A DNA stretch of 64,000 nucleotides from Ruditapes philippinarum (lineage: Eukaryota), in NCBI RefSeq assembly GCF_026571515.1, contig NW_026860156.1:62001-126000 (forward strand), read 5' to 3'. Below are positions 12,449-27,054 of the stretch, piece after piece; positions within the stretch are counted from its first letter, which is position 1, and each line of letters starts with the position of its first letter. Under the pieces are notes generated by a model. It ran no database searches and was not told the DNA's origin. It saw nothing but the letters and a program-made list of their open reading frames with translations. The translations under genes were made by a program, and so were the position numbers.

Positions 12449-13914
12449 GCAGTACGGCAAATAACCAAATCTGTTACACTAGTCAAGGGTGTCACTGCAC
12501 TGCTGTGCAGTTTGGGTGGGTTTTGTCTTGCCATCAAAATTTTTAATTATTTGTCCAGTTGGCTCACAATGGCTGTTTATGTTAGTAGGTAGGGGTTTGA
12601 TAATTCAAAGTCCTCGTTACTCCCTGGAGATAAGGGATCAGGGATACAATTGAATGGTGTATTGCTATTTTCGCTTTTATGTGAGTTTTTTTTTATGACA
12701 ATCATTATTAGACCTATAGAGAAAGAATAAAAAATTAAATAATTTAAAAGCCTGTGTGCTTTAGGTTTATAAATTGACACAAATTTTGACATGATTTTAG
12801 AATACCACCTGTATAGCTGAAGTTTAATATTGACTATAAATTACAATATTATGTTTCATTTCTGGTGTCCCTTTTGTTTTAAATAATTAAATATTATAAC
12901 TTGATACTTTCATTTTGTTATCTGACACATATAGTATTACACTTATCACTTAAACTGAAAAAATGTGTATTTGTTTAAGCAGAGATTTATCATTTTATAA
13001 GTTCATTATTTAAGTAAAATTGATAGGTTAAAAATGGGACTTGTCTATTTTAGCCAAGGGATCCAGCTTTTTGGTAAATTTTATAGAAAATCCTTGCTTA
13101 TAGCAAATTATGGAGAAAATGTTTTCCCATAGGTACATATCAAATGCTAAATTTAAGCATTTGATAAGGATTTGCTGCTGTGGTGGGCATATGTAAGCCG
13201 TTGTTTCCTTGAGCAAGAAACTTTACATTTCATTGCTTTCCTGCATTGGATCGGAGAGTGTTTCAATAACTAAACTAAATGCTTTTGAACTCAACTTTGA
13301 TATGGACATACATTACCAGACATTATAATAAAGATATCACATTTTCTCGAGACATTATTTACAGCAATTATTTAATACTTCACAAGGGTAATTAATATTT
13401 CATGGTTTTTATATTGTAAGCTATAAACATACTAAACTGTTATAATATATTAACATATTTTTTCAAGTTCATTGCTCTCTAACAAGAGGGATTATTATAA
13501 TTAGTATACGATATAGCATGGATTAAGTTGTGACTTTGATTTTATAACATGGTATACAATGACTGACATGGTCGTGTGAGGTGACATTGTGAGGTATAAA
13601 CTCTATAATTATTGTCAATGTTGTCAGTTATTTGGCCAATACATTATGCAAATTTTATACTGTATGAAAAAAGTTTTCAATTTAAGAGATTTTTATATTA
13701 TACTTGTCTCAACAATCTGATTATAGTCTGGCAGTAATAAAGATAAAAGAAATTATTATGTTGTCAACAGAGCATAATGGTCCCCTAAGCTTTAAATTAT
13801 TATAAGATTATCTTTGACAAAAGTCAAGTGAATTATTCTAGCATCCTCCTCATTGGCACATGTTATGATGTGGAGAAGTTGACTCTCACTTGAGGAGAAT
13901 TACCAAAAAGGATC

Positions 13915-14172
13915 AGGGGTGCTTTTCACTCATGTACTTGTGTTATCATAACTCGTGTTTGAACGTTACTTTTTGCGTAAGCAGAACTTACATTTTATTT
14001 GCGTTTCACTAAACTTTCTTAGCTAAGCATTTGCATAGGTTTAAATGTAAAGTTACACTCACTTAGTTTAGTGAAACGCACCTAATATACATTTGCGTTT
14101 AGCGTAAGTCCAAATTTACTTAAAAAGTTTTTTACGCTACACTTACAGAATGTTAGTGAAACGCTCGCCAGG
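13915..14172. mobile_element. Degenerate palindromic MITE
   Basis: Terminal similarity gcttttcactca / ttagtgaaacgc and internal inverted pair gcgtttcactaaact / agtttagtgaaacgc; CpG-richer than flanks. Confidence 0.45.
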
Positions 14173-15425
14173 ACTGTAGTACTGGTACAACTTCAATGAA
14201 TACAGGTCCAGATTGTGAGCATGTTAAAGTGTCATAAGCTAAATATCGTAATGAATTATTTTTTTTTCAGCACATTTAGATAGAGGAATAAATTTCTATG
14301 CATTAGTATGACTGTTCTCTGAACAAGTAAATTGTCCTGTGACTGTAAAATCAACAGGGGTAGTAGTGAATGAACATTTAAAATTCTATAAAATTTGATG
14401 GGTTTGATGAACAAATGTATATCTATCAGTAGGTGCTCTGTTATTAGTGATTCTCAATTTGTTAAATTGCAAGTTATAAATTACTCTTCCTTTGTCCAAG
14501 GTACTTTGTTTTATGTATTCTAATGACCATTTCACCTAGAATTCAACTTTTAAAATTCAGTCTGTAATAATTATTCAGAAGATTTAGATTGGTTTTACTT
14601 CAATAACCTATCATTAGAGTGATAGTATACCACTATGTTTGAAAATAGAATAGAAACTTAAACAGTTTTGAAATTTACACACCTTTTCAGCAGTGCAAAT
14701 ACTAGAAAAGACTAAAATAATATGTTTATTTTGGCCATGATTTATTTACCAAAGATTTCTATTGATAAATGCAGAGTTGCATTAAATTAGAGAAAAAACA
14801 AACTCCAGGTGATCTAAATAGTTATAGAACATAGTATATTGATATTTTAATATCACATTTTACGATTAATTGAATTTTAATGAAAAGACTAAAAAGACTT
14901 GAAGTGGACATTTTGTACAAACTTTAGGTTATTTATATTGGGTATTAATTCTGTATTTACACCTTAGCGAGAGAATAAATTCGTAACAATTTAAATATAC
15001 GTATTAATTTTTCACACAATATTATCCACTACAAACGGGTAGTTATACAGTAAAGGTAGGGTAGTTATACAGTAAAGGTATCGTAAACTATGATTACTGA
15101 TTACTACACAAGATTAGAGCGTAAATTGGGCAGTTTTACGCTGTGGATCAAGTATATATGAAAGGGGGGTAATTGACGTGCGTGTGACAGGGTTGTTTTG
15201 AACGGGGGGGACCTTTATATTGATAATCTTCCTTTTATATACATGATACGGGTTATCCTAATCTATTGTGATTTAAAAGAACAGTGCATTTCTCTGAGAT
15301 TTATGGAATTAACATTTTATTGAAATGGTTTTACATTAGATTTGGATTAGGATTTGGCCTATTTTAAAACATCAGCATTTGAATATATACCTTTCATTTA
15401 TATATCTGCATGAAAATAAGGAAAT

Positions 15426-15520
15426 AAGATTTTTACCAAAAAATATGGATTTTACTCATAAAAATATGGATTTTATCCATAAAAATATGGATTTTGACCA
15501 TAAAAATATGGATTTTGACT
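15426..15520. repeat. About 21-bp minisatellite, 4 copies (aaaaatatggattttgaccat)
   Basis: Direct tandem copies visible. Confidence 0.8.
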
Positions 15521-16194
15521 AGACACGAAACTTTCAAGTATGATATTGTGTTTCCTTGAAACTGCATATAAAAGATACTGAAATTAAGTTGAATTTTTTG
15601 AAGAAAAGTGTCATATGTGCATTCTTGTGGGAAAATTTATTTTAAGGAATAAAAAGAAAACTTATCACAAATGAATGTCAGTGTATATATGGATAGTATA
15701 CACTGATTGATATATCTGTAAACGCTTTATTGTCACACTTTGTTGCTTTTCTTATATATGTTTAAAACTTTTATATACAAACTGTGCGACCATCATATAA
15801 ACCTTAAAATTTGCAAAGTGTTTTTTAGTGGGGGATGTATTAATTTTTCTACACCATGAAAAAAAATTTCACTTTATCAACATAATGGAAATAGATTTAT
15901 TAGCAAGATTTGATGAAATTTTTGTTTATTAAGCATTGAAAGTACATAAATATTAATGGAAAAAGTAGGTTAATTTACATTTTTAAATGAAAGCTCATCT
16001 AAATGGACTAGCGTGAAGGATGTTTTTAGCCTGAAAAGGATGTTGGAAAATGTGATAGAGTTATGTGTTCAAAGTGAAGAATTTGCATATTATTTCATAG
16101 AAAAAAAATAGGGGTTACTTTGATCAGCTGTGAATATTTGTAGAAAAAGGTTATAAAAAAGACGTCATGAGGTTTAAGATATTGATGTGTAACA

Positions 16195-16423
16195 ATGGTG
16201 CTGATTTTAACAATTCTGACGCTCATAGTGTCCTGGTTTTATCATAACTTTTACGATTATTTCACATTTTTCTGCGGAATGTATGTGACAATAAATATCG
16301 TCGACAAGGCGTGTGATTTGGCTGATCACATGACCAATGAGGTAGCAGATACAGAGGAAGTTTTCGAGGAATGTTACGAAGAATTGTACCCAACTGCCCC
16401 ACTTGCAAAACCTGAAATATTTG
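16195..16423 (+). CDS. Putative alternative first coding exon A: hydrophobic signal/anchor N-terminus then acidic linker
   Basis: aacaATGG start; 76 codons + 1 nt; donor G|gtaagt; phase 1 matches the acceptor at 43472. Confidence 0.6.
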
Positions 16424-17509
16424 GTAAGTTACTTTTTGACATGGAAAAAAAAATATCCAGCAGTAATATTGTTTAACGGTTAGTTTAATTCATATGAAAA
16501 TTTGACTCTGTTTAATATGAAAATTTGACAAGGCTCAGTGGGCTGCATCATATATTAGCTATTTGTCTTTTATCTGTTCATATTACATAAAGAAGGTACA
16601 AATTTGATCTTGTATGTTCATAAGACCTTTAATGTTTTTGTTGTAATCTCAAAAAATGTGTATTTAAGGTTTATAGACCTGCTTGTGTCTCAGTTTGGAG
16701 TCAGTGGTGCATATTGCTGTAAATGTTACTGTTTGATATTAATCAACATTTCAAATGCCTTTAATAATATCCTCTACTACCTAAGTCTAAATGTTAATAT
16801 TAGTGATTACTTGCAAAAGCAATAGGGTAGTATTTGCTACACTGATTTTGTATTACCTGCAATATGACTATTCTAAGGGAGACAACTATTATTGTCTTCA
16901 TTTAGTACTCTCGTAGTTCTCTCTCTTATTTAATAATAAATGCATAATTGCCTGTCATCCCTTTAAACTAGAAGCCAGTAGCAGTTAGTGTTAATGAGAC
17001 CTGATTGGGAAACTCATTATCATTGAAGTGGACACACATATTTCTTGGTTCATTTGGAATTTTTTCTTTGATTGCCTCTTTGTTTTGAGCTGTCTTAATC
17101 TATTTAACAGTTGGCAAAGTTTGGTAACAATATAAGTGTGACCTCCAGAAAATCTTGTGGAATTCTTCTAAGCTTTTTACTCAGAATAACTTCTGGTGTC
17201 TTATTTCAAAACAATTATTTACACTGCTGAAAGGTGGCATATTGAAAGATGAAAAACTATATTTTAAGCACATGTAATGATGTGTTTAACATTAAATAGA
17301 TATGTAAAAGCAAGTTTTCAACCCTTTAAAACACTTATAAATGTTAATTACTGTATTCACTGCACTGGGAACTGTACTGTCTTAAGATACATAACCCTAG
17401 TATATTTTCCCCTTAACACCCTATGTATGTATATACACTTGCAAACTCCTACACATCATATTTATAGGTCTTTGACCAAAATCTCTAACTTAAACAAGAA
17501 TTGAAAAAT

Positions 17510-18390
17510 GTGGAGCAAAACTGGGACTTTTAATGTAAGAGCTACATGGCATTGATGGAAGGGACCTTCAGTGTAAGAGCTAAATTGCATTGGTGAAATA
17601 ATTAGCAAACCTGAGACCTTCAATATAAGGACTAAATGGCATTGGTGGAATAAGGTTCAATGTAAGACCTAAATGGCATTTGTGGAATAAGGAGCAAACC
17701 TGGGGCCTTCAATATAAGAACTAAATGGCATTGGTGGAATAAGGAGCAAACCTGGGACCTTCAATATAAGAGCTAAATGGCATTGGTGACATAAGGTTCA
17801 ATATAAGAGCTAAATGGCATTGTTGTAATAAGAAGCAAACTCGGGACCTTCAATAATAAGAGCTATTATTGGCATTGGTGGAATAAGGAGCAAACCTGAA
17901 CCTTCAATATAGAGACTAAATGGCATTGGTGGAATAAGAAGCAAACCGCGGATCGACTTCAATATAAGAGCTATAGTGGCATTGCGTGAATAAGGAGCAA
18001 ACCTGAGACCTTCAATATAAGAGCTATATGGCATGGTGGAATTAAGGAAGCAAACCTGAGCAACTCTCAATATAAGCAGCTAAATGGCAATGTTGGAATA
18101 AGAAGCCATAACTCGGGACCTTCATATAAGAGCTTTATATGGCATTGGTGAATAAGGAGCAAACCTGAGACCTTCAATATAAGAGCTATAATGGCATTGG
18201 TGGAATAAGGAGCAAACCTGAGACCTTCAATATAAGAGCTATATGGCATTGGTGGAATAAGGAGCAAACCTGAGACCTTCAATATAAGAGCTATATGGCA
18301 TTGGTGGAATAAGGAGCAAACCTGAGACCTTCAATATAAGAGCTAAATGGCATTAGTGGAATAAGGAGCAAACCTGAGATCTTCAACTTA
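17510..18390. repeat. 52-bp minisatellite, about 17 copies including truncated units
   Basis: Unit aataaggagcaaacctgagaccttcaatataagagctatatggcattggtgg; starts at 18256, 18308, 18360. Confidence 0.95.
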
Positions 18391-21300
18391 AGTGTTAAAT
18401 TAGTTGAATTTGGAGCAAGCCTGGAACCTTATGATTAATGTCAAAAGTTTAAACTTTTTATGCCCACATAAATACAGTTTGTTTTGATTTTAAGTTCAGA
18501 ACCAATTCCATAAACATGTATAATGGTAGAACTTTTATTAATACTTACAAGTAAGTTATTGTTCAAAATGTGAAAATGTATATAAAGTTATTAGAAATAA
18601 TGATAACTGCAAACATTTCAATATGTTTATTGGCTTGGTTGATCATGTTTATATTATTTCACTGTTTATTTTCTTTGTTCCTGCTTGGATGTCTGGAAAA
18701 TATATTTTAATCCTTTTATTACTGGTAACCATAGGGTTCAGGGCAGGAAGTAATTAAAGACTCAGCTCATCTGTAAATATAACCGTTATAATTACTTCAA
18801 CCAATCTATCATCTCCTGTAAAAAAGCTTTCCTAAATACATCTTTTTACTTGTTTTTAATTGTTTCCATGTGCGAAATGTTAAAACACATGTGGATCCAG
18901 TAATTTATTGAAGCAGGAAGAAAATCCTTGTTGTTAATACCTTCACTTTGGGTTCTGAGATTCATCAAATGTTTTGGGAAGTTTTTTTTAATGGCTTGCT
19001 TTTTTTGGGATTTAAGATATGGTTGATGATGATTGATTAATAATTAGGGAATAGTGGATAAAGCACTAGATTGTTGAGAAGTTTTCCTTGGTATGTGTGC
19101 AGTCTATTGTTGTATTATATTGAAGTAGTCCTTTTTACTATTAAAGCTTTTTTTGTCTAAATCTATAAAGTAGTTATTTGTTTTTCATAATGATATGCAT
19201 TGCATATATGTTGTTGGAAGAAATCTACAGGTACATGCTTTGCTCAAGTCTGCAACTAATTAAATGTCTAAAGATTTTCTTCAAAAATGCAAAATGGGAA
19301 TTAAGAAGTGGATCATTAAATTAGATTTGAGACTGCTGTAAGGAAAATAATTCTAGCGTAATTCCTAGTACATGCATTTGGTGCAGAATTTTCTGTTTCG
19401 TTGATGATATACCAAATGGTAGATATAAAGTACACAGCTTCTTTGCTAGGTTTTCAAAGTCCAACTAACTATGTTAAGGACATAATATTATAGTTCTTTG
19501 ATGCATGATTTAGTTTTAAGCACACAAAAAGTTAAGTTAATTAAAATTTTAATATAGTCAATTACCAATTGACCACACAAAAAGTTATCAGCTTAGTCAA
19601 TCACCCAATCCTCACCTCAAAGCAGCAATAGTCACAATATGGTCAACGTTATTGGGCTGCAGTACGGTAAGTGATGTCCTCAGTCCTCGGTCATGAACTA
19701 TATTATGCCCATGAATACATAATGGAGAATTCAAAAGTAACACAAATTTTAATCTTTTGCTAATATCAGATAACTTCACTTTGCACTTCCTTGTATCATA
19801 CCAAAGTGTGCCAAAACATTTTTTTCTCATAAGAAAACATACAAAAATAAGGTTATAAGATAACCCATGGTGCTGAAAATTGGCATCTTGTCATTTCATT
19901 GAGGCATTTTAAACTATAGACCCAGCAAGCCTGCATCAGTGACATTAACTTTGTATGATAACAAACAGTTTGCTAACAGCACTAATTTCATCTTATCAGC
20001 GTTATTTTATCTCTAAACTCTCTCCTATCATGTTTTTACCTGACAGTTCTCTGTAGGAATTTATTGCGAAAACACTTAAAAAAGAACACAAAATTGTAAT
20101 ACAATGAGATAAGAATAAATCAGAAAACAAAGAAAAACAATTCCACAAGGATTAACATCTGGGAATACATTGGCATAATTTGTTTCTGTCTTGAAATATA
20201 CATGAAAATTAATCTATTCTAAAACAAATGATTTTTAACTGAATATCATTAACATTTCTTATTTAAGTTAATTTCAGTAGTAATGATATTATATTTCGAC
20301 AGTTATTTCAGTGCATAATTAAAGGTTCCAGCACTGTGATACATTTCATTTTATAAAAAATACCTGTTAAAATGTTAAACCACTGAAGCAATAATTAAAG
20401 TATAAATTGTACATAGTTTTACTACTGGAAATAGAATTATAACGGAAATGCAGCGATTGCATATTCAAACTTGTCTAACAGCTGGTATATATTGCCCTGC
20501 AAACGTTACATAAAAAACTGGCTCCATTTTCATTTCAAAAATGAAAAACAGGTTTTCTGCAATCACGTTTTCCGCACACTTGTATGTTAACAAGTTCTTC
20601 AATTTCATTCACATCAACTTCATGTATGTCTGTTGTTTGGTTTGATATCATAGTCTTTGAAATCCACCTATAGTCTTTCAAATTTTTACCTTCACCTTTA
20701 TCTTTGAAATTCAACTGTAACTTGTCTACAAATGTAATTACTCTTCATTGAAATTGATATTTTTGAATTGTGAATGCTATTTGAAAGTGCTAGTTATTTT
20801 GTGTTAAAGAAAGTTATTAATAGAAAATTAAAGTTTGTTAATATTTGCACTTTTTAAAGATCGCTACTTTAATTAAACTTCCCATGCATGCATTGAAACA
20901 CATGCATGAAGTTAGAGGAGGAAGTAATTTGGTTAACACAGACAGGTTTCTAGTTACCTTCCTACATTCATATAACCTGCTTTATCAGCATGCTGTCCAC
21001 AACTTTATTATAAACCTTTCCTGCATCCATCATTTTCTCAGATGATGGATACCCCTCCATGCTCTTATTTTCGTATATGTGCAGGGTGGTGTTTAAAATA
21101 TATATACAGTACTGTACAACAAGATTTTTTGGTTGATTAAAATTTTGCCAGCAGCTAGTAACTTGAATTTTAAGTTTTGATATTTCTTTTTTTAAATGTT
21201 AAAGACCTGGTAAGGTAACAACTGTTAAGAAAAAAAAAACAAATATAAAGATGTTGTGAGTAAGAAATTCAAGTATCAATTTCACCTAGACTGTGATAAT

Positions 21301-24300
21301 TTCATTTCTTTGCCTGTTGTTATTTTTTAATAGTAAGAATATTACTTATTATAAAAGTACTTACATGGACTTTTTATAACAAGTTGGTTTGTTATCAAAT
21401 TTAAGAACAATTAAATTTACTATAATTTACAAAAATGCAGGTATTTTTTCATGCTACATTTTGAATTTTATTTTATTATATAGAAATAACAAAGATAGGT
21501 AGGTAACTTGTGGTTATCACAGAAAAAAAGATCAACACTAAAGCCACTAATGTTAAAAAGAAAGACATTACCAATATTGACCGTTGTCAACATGGTCCAA
21601 ACAACAACAGTTATGTCAAAGAAGACCAATAAGGTGTGGTCAACTGTTCAACAAAATTGCAATGCACAGTGCATTATGAAATTGTCAGGCTTTTGACCCT
21701 CTGATGTTTTGTTTGAATTAAATTATAATGTGCAACTTTGAATTGGATTATTTATTGGTTTTTTCAAAGATGTCCATAAAATGATGTACACACTAAAAGC
21801 TGAAAATGATGGTTCAGTACTTTAACAGACAAAATTGCAGTGTCCTGAGGTTTAATAACTGTTGGTTGCATAATTAGTCTACAACTGACAAAATTCAATT
21901 AAAACAGCAAAATACAACATTGAGTAGTTATGAAAAAAAACAAAACAACAACAACAATTAACTTTATATTAATTACAATAAAATATCCTGCAATAAAAAG
22001 ATATTGTTTGGAAAGTCTGTCACACTCTTTAGTCATACTATGATATTTCAACTGCATTATAACCTTGTTATTCAATTAGCAACTTGAAAAAAAAAAGTAT
22101 TTCCAGAAAAGCAGTCACTGTTTACAGTAGATGCTATTGTTTGAAAGGAAAATTGTATGTGAGAGGGAGATAGAGAAAAAAAGGCAGAAAGGAATAGAAA
22201 GCAGTAGCGTATGAAATATTGATGTGAAAATTGAGCCAGAAGCTCTTGATATACCAGTCAGTGGTAAACTGGTGTGCCTGTCAGTGTTTCCAGGGGGGGC
22301 TTATCAGTCAGTAATGTATGTGTTTTAGTGATGGAAAAAATACTTGTGGGACATTTTTTGAAAGAAAGGAATAGGGACAAAAAGGGGGCATTGGATTCAT
22401 AAAGGAAAATGATTTAGCTTTTGAGATTTATCAAAGTGGACTGCTCTGTATTTCTTTTGATGCTTCTGCTTTAATATTTTCGTTTATAAACATTATTATA
22501 ACTAAGCATAAACATAGCATCGGTTCTAAGACTTTTATATACTTTATTTCATTTTGAAGCAGAAGATTTTCGGATTTTTGGTTTAATTCAAAGCAAGGAA
22601 GATATTGATGCAACATTTCGCTTTGCTGAAGCTAAGTTTGTCCAGTTCAGAGAGAAGTCTTTAAATAATTGCATTGTTTTGCAATCAGTCTGGATGACAT
22701 TTTAGGCAGCTGGGCAAAGTCAAGGACCACTGGACAAGAGAGACTGTTATGAAAAGTGAAACAATTTCAGAGAGAAGGAATTTGATACAAACAAGGAGGT
22801 TTATGTTACAATATTATTTGATGTTATAAAATCATGATAAAAGATTTGTAATTGGTATGTACAGTCTTATGTTACATTGAACAGGTAGTTTCGTTCTACA
22901 TGGTTATTATTGTAGACTAATTGAGGCTAATTAATGGATGATAAAAATTGTCCCGGAGGCATTTACAAGGCAGGAGTTTGGTGCATTGCTCTTGTATGAC
23001 AATGATTTGCTTGTCAAATATTCATGTCACAGTTTGTTATATAGATAATTTATAGATGTAAATAGTTATATAGATTTTATATACAGTAAAAATAGACCAA
23101 TTAAATGAACAACAAACTACAAGACATAACTGCTACTTGGCAAGCTTGAATATCATTTAAATTTAACTATAAAGTTATCTGAATTGGAAACAAAAACAAG
23201 TATAATTATTTTACTGCAGATGTGAAATATAGTGTTTACATTAAATGGCTTTCACTTTTGATTGCATTGTTTAATGCATTGGAAACCAGGATTTTTATAG
23301 ACACTGAACAGCCAGGTGAGATAAAGTAAAAGACTGCCAGAAGATTTCTTATAAATAGTGCAGGTATTAAAATCCTGGTATATCATCTATATAATAAATG
23401 AAAGAGAAGATTTCTGGATATTATCATTTATCAGCTAAATATATCTCCTATACTGTAAAAAAAATCTCCAGTTTGAATTATATAATTATCTTGCACAAGT
23501 GAAAATTGGATTTCCTATTTGATATGGCATAAACTGGGAACTAGCAATCTGTAGGTTTATCTAGTGTGTTATAGAACAGCTGTGACATTGAAGATAATTA
23601 ACTTTACATATACATGCTGTATATTAAAGGGAATAATTCAATCCGAGCTTTGCATAACATAAAAACAGGCAACTTTCACCCCCAGATTGTAAGATTGGAT
23701 TTATATATATAAATGGAGAAATGGAGTAACTAAGTATTGACATTGAACAATATTTTGCTTTCTTATTACACAGCTAAATCAGTGGGGGAATTAAATGGGC
23801 ATTAATCCGTTTAATGTTTTCGTTACAGACGGGGACTTTATTATGTAACTTTTAAACATAGATATTATAGAGGTAACAAATAAGGTGTGACATGTACATA
23901 TTATGGAGGTATAGACTGTCATCGAAGTATTGTTTATTAAGCTCTTTAGTATAATAGGAAAATGGCACTTCAATCAATTATACACGTAAGATCTAGGCTT
24001 AATTGTTCCTTAATTGATGTTCAAAGAGATATCAATTTACAATGACTTCTTAACATTAATTAACTACAAAGTAATGTCTTATTATTCATTATCAATTAAA
24101 CGTAAATGTAAACAAAACATTAGGAATTTATGTTGAAGAATAAACAATTGAACAAAGGAAGGGAAATATATTTGTGATAAACAAATATCAGCTATATGTG
24201 TATTGCTACAAATTAATTCAACAGCATATTAACATGTTTTCTTCAGGGAATAGATATCGCAAGGCAGTTTGAAAATATGGATGTTGTTAAATGAATTGTG

Positions 24301-24479
24301 AATACCATCGTTGAGTGATTTTTGCCTGAACATTAATGTTTTATTCATGATAGGTAACATTTCAATAATTTAATTTCGTGAAAGGTGTCATCAATATTTT
24401 AACATGGAATAAAACGAAATCAATACGACAATAGTTGGAATTTAAATGACCTGTCAAATTTGAAAGAAAATTTTAAAAA

Positions 24480-24981
24480 ATGGAGCGACTAGATAACAAG
24501 TACAGAAGTCCTAGGCATGGGTTTCATAGGGAGGTTCGTTTTGACAGAATAAGGGATGTTAGAATTGATAGATTCAATGCTGGAATAGACAGATATGTAG
24601 ATTACAGTGATATAGGAGAATATCAGAGGCCAGAGAGAAATGGAGACCTTCAAAGACCTGATAGAAATGGAGATTTGAGGAACAGTAGAAATGGACGTAT
24701 ATCACGGAATGACAGTGATGGAGATCTACCTAGAAATGATAGAAGGGTAAACCTAAAAACTGATTTGAATGGTGAAATCAGGATAGAAGACATTGATGAT
24801 ATAAGAGTTGAGAGAACTGGTGATGTACGAACCTGTACAATGCCCGCAGCATTATCACAAGAAGCTCCACCTGTTATTAGAAGGCGGGACAAAAACAAGA
24901 AAGATAACTCTGGCAACAGAAGGAGCCGCCCAGCCTCCTGGTTTGTGTCACACTTCAGTTTCGATAAACTTTTCAATAGAG
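24480..24981 (+). CDS. Putative alternative first coding exon B: Arg/Asp/Asn-rich 167-aa N-terminus
   Basis: 211-aa ORF with aaaaATGG start; donor G|gtaaga at 24982; phase 1; possible 5'UTR acceptor ttttcttcag at 24246. Confidence 0.8.
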
Positions 24982-27054
24982 GTAAGAAACAAAGAAAAAA
25001 ACATTTCTTAACTGCCATCAATCTCAATTTACCTTATAATATCTGTAAGTCCTTGAAATTTGAGTTAAACTTTGTATATTGTTGGTCTGGTTTAAGTCCC
25101 GGTGCAAAGCTATAAATTTACTGCAATATGAGTTGAGCGCGTTTTTTTTATTCCCTGAAGGTTCTTTTATGAACTTGTTGTCTATTTCTGTTTAATTAAG
25201 TAATTAATTTGATGGGTCTTCTTGTATCAGGAACGTTTTTGATATATGAATAAAGACATAACACTTTGATGTGATCATAGATTGTTTTAATTGGTATGGT
25301 TCTGGTATAATGAACAGCTAGGCCTCTATGTAGTGATATTAGTATTATTGTTTACTATAAGGATAATTCAGATTATGATTTCTTATAATTCTCCTTTGTT
25401 CTCTATCTTTCTGTAGTTGTTAACTAAGCATATAAAAAGTTCTATGAATGGGAGCAGATTGTATTTTGGTTGTTCACATTTCCAATGCTTTGAATTATTT
25501 TGCACATGAATCAGCAACTTGTTGGCTTAGAGTAGGGAGGAGAACTTACTTTTACATTTTATTTTGTAATGTTATTAGTGTAGTTTCTGAAATTAAGCTC
25601 AACAATTAAATTGCAAAAGTTTCTTTTCTTGTCATGTTCACTTTCCTCTGCCATGACAACGAAATTAATCTTTTTCATATTAAATATGATACATAAAGAA
25701 TGGTAAATTTGCTCTTTGAATGAAATTATTTGTAATTATTTTGACATTAGTTTGTTTTATCTTTATGAAATTTGACTAGACAGAATGACATAATGCTTAA
25801 ATTATTCTTTGTCAAAATAATGCCTCTATGTTGCTTTTGTTTTGCATAATTTTGTGCAGGATAAATAACATAGAACTATTTTAATATAATTATGCAGTGC
25901 AGGAATTTCCATACAAAATGTGAAACAAGTGGGAATACTTAATACAAAATGATTCATCAGCCTGATTATTCTGCTTCATTTAAGTAGCTTATCAGTAACT
26001 TGCTTTTGCACTGCATATAAAATTCATTTAGGCTATTTTTAGAAGTTAATTATTGGTATTCAAGATAACAGGATATAATTTGATTGATAGATTATCAGGG
26101 GAGAGCAGCCATGTTAGATTAGAGTATACAGAATGTGTTTCATCTTCAACATGTTTATTACAAACTTGACATAAACAGTCAATGACCATTGCCATAAAAT
26201 GGATGTTTTGTGGGGGTTTCTGGTTTAATACGAAGCTTTTAATGCATCCTTTTACTGTTTGAAGTTTCTTACAAGCAATTAGTTTTATAAACATGATAAA
26301 ATAATATTATGAGCTGAGAATTTATGCCTTCTGGAACTCCTTGGAAGTTGCGAAAGATGTCCAAGTAACACTTATGTGGCCTGTTTAAGTTGTTTTTTTA
26401 CAAGAACTTGGAATAGTTACTCTGGTTTTTCACAAGTGATCACAAAGACTTGCAGCACCTGAGCAAACCATTAAATAACAAAACAACTATTTTAGTCTTG
26501 TATTGACCACCATTTAGAATCAGCTGCCTCATCTAGCTGGCAGTAAAAAAATGTTAGTTAGCAAAGAATTGGATCTTTGAAGTTATGAATTTTTTTTTGA
26601 AATATGAAATCTGTTAAGAAAAACAATAGTGTTCAAAATATTGAGAAGATGGTCTTTCTTGACTGATTGTCTATGAAAACACTAAATGGGAATTATTGTG
26701 ATGGTTTCAATTTTGAGGTGGTCTTTAACTAAGGTTTGACTATATTGTGCAATATTAATATGCAAAAATTGGCATATCTCGACTTACAAAGTATTATGAT
26801 TTTTTTTGTAAGACAAGGAGTATCAGCAGCCTTATTTCTACAACATTGAAGTATGCTGCTTTCACTTTTAGGCTGTGCATATCAGTTTTATTAGGGAAGC
26901 AAAAATATAGCTTCAAACAGCTGATTTTACCATGGAACATATAGAAACCAGCTGACTTTTTCAGAGAGGTTACCTCATAAATTTGTCATTAATATAGACT
27001 CTTATAAGAGCATTTTTCTCTTTTTCATGTCAGGTAGACAAGAGAAAGATGTTT

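Noticed and set aside
12273-12537. His/Pro-rich and Gly-rich ORFs
   Set aside because: Explained by a C/A-rich low-complexity tract; no compatible splice sites identified.
17510-18390. 52-bp array as a CRISPR array, or coding ORFs 17810-18282
   Set aside because: Head-to-tail units without unique spacers, no cas genes, eukaryotic context; the 52-nt unit does not preserve frame.
22749-22828. Possible additional first exon MKSETISERRNLIQTR
   Set aside because: Only a weak donor in the wrong phase, with an early stop; at most part of a non-coding leader.
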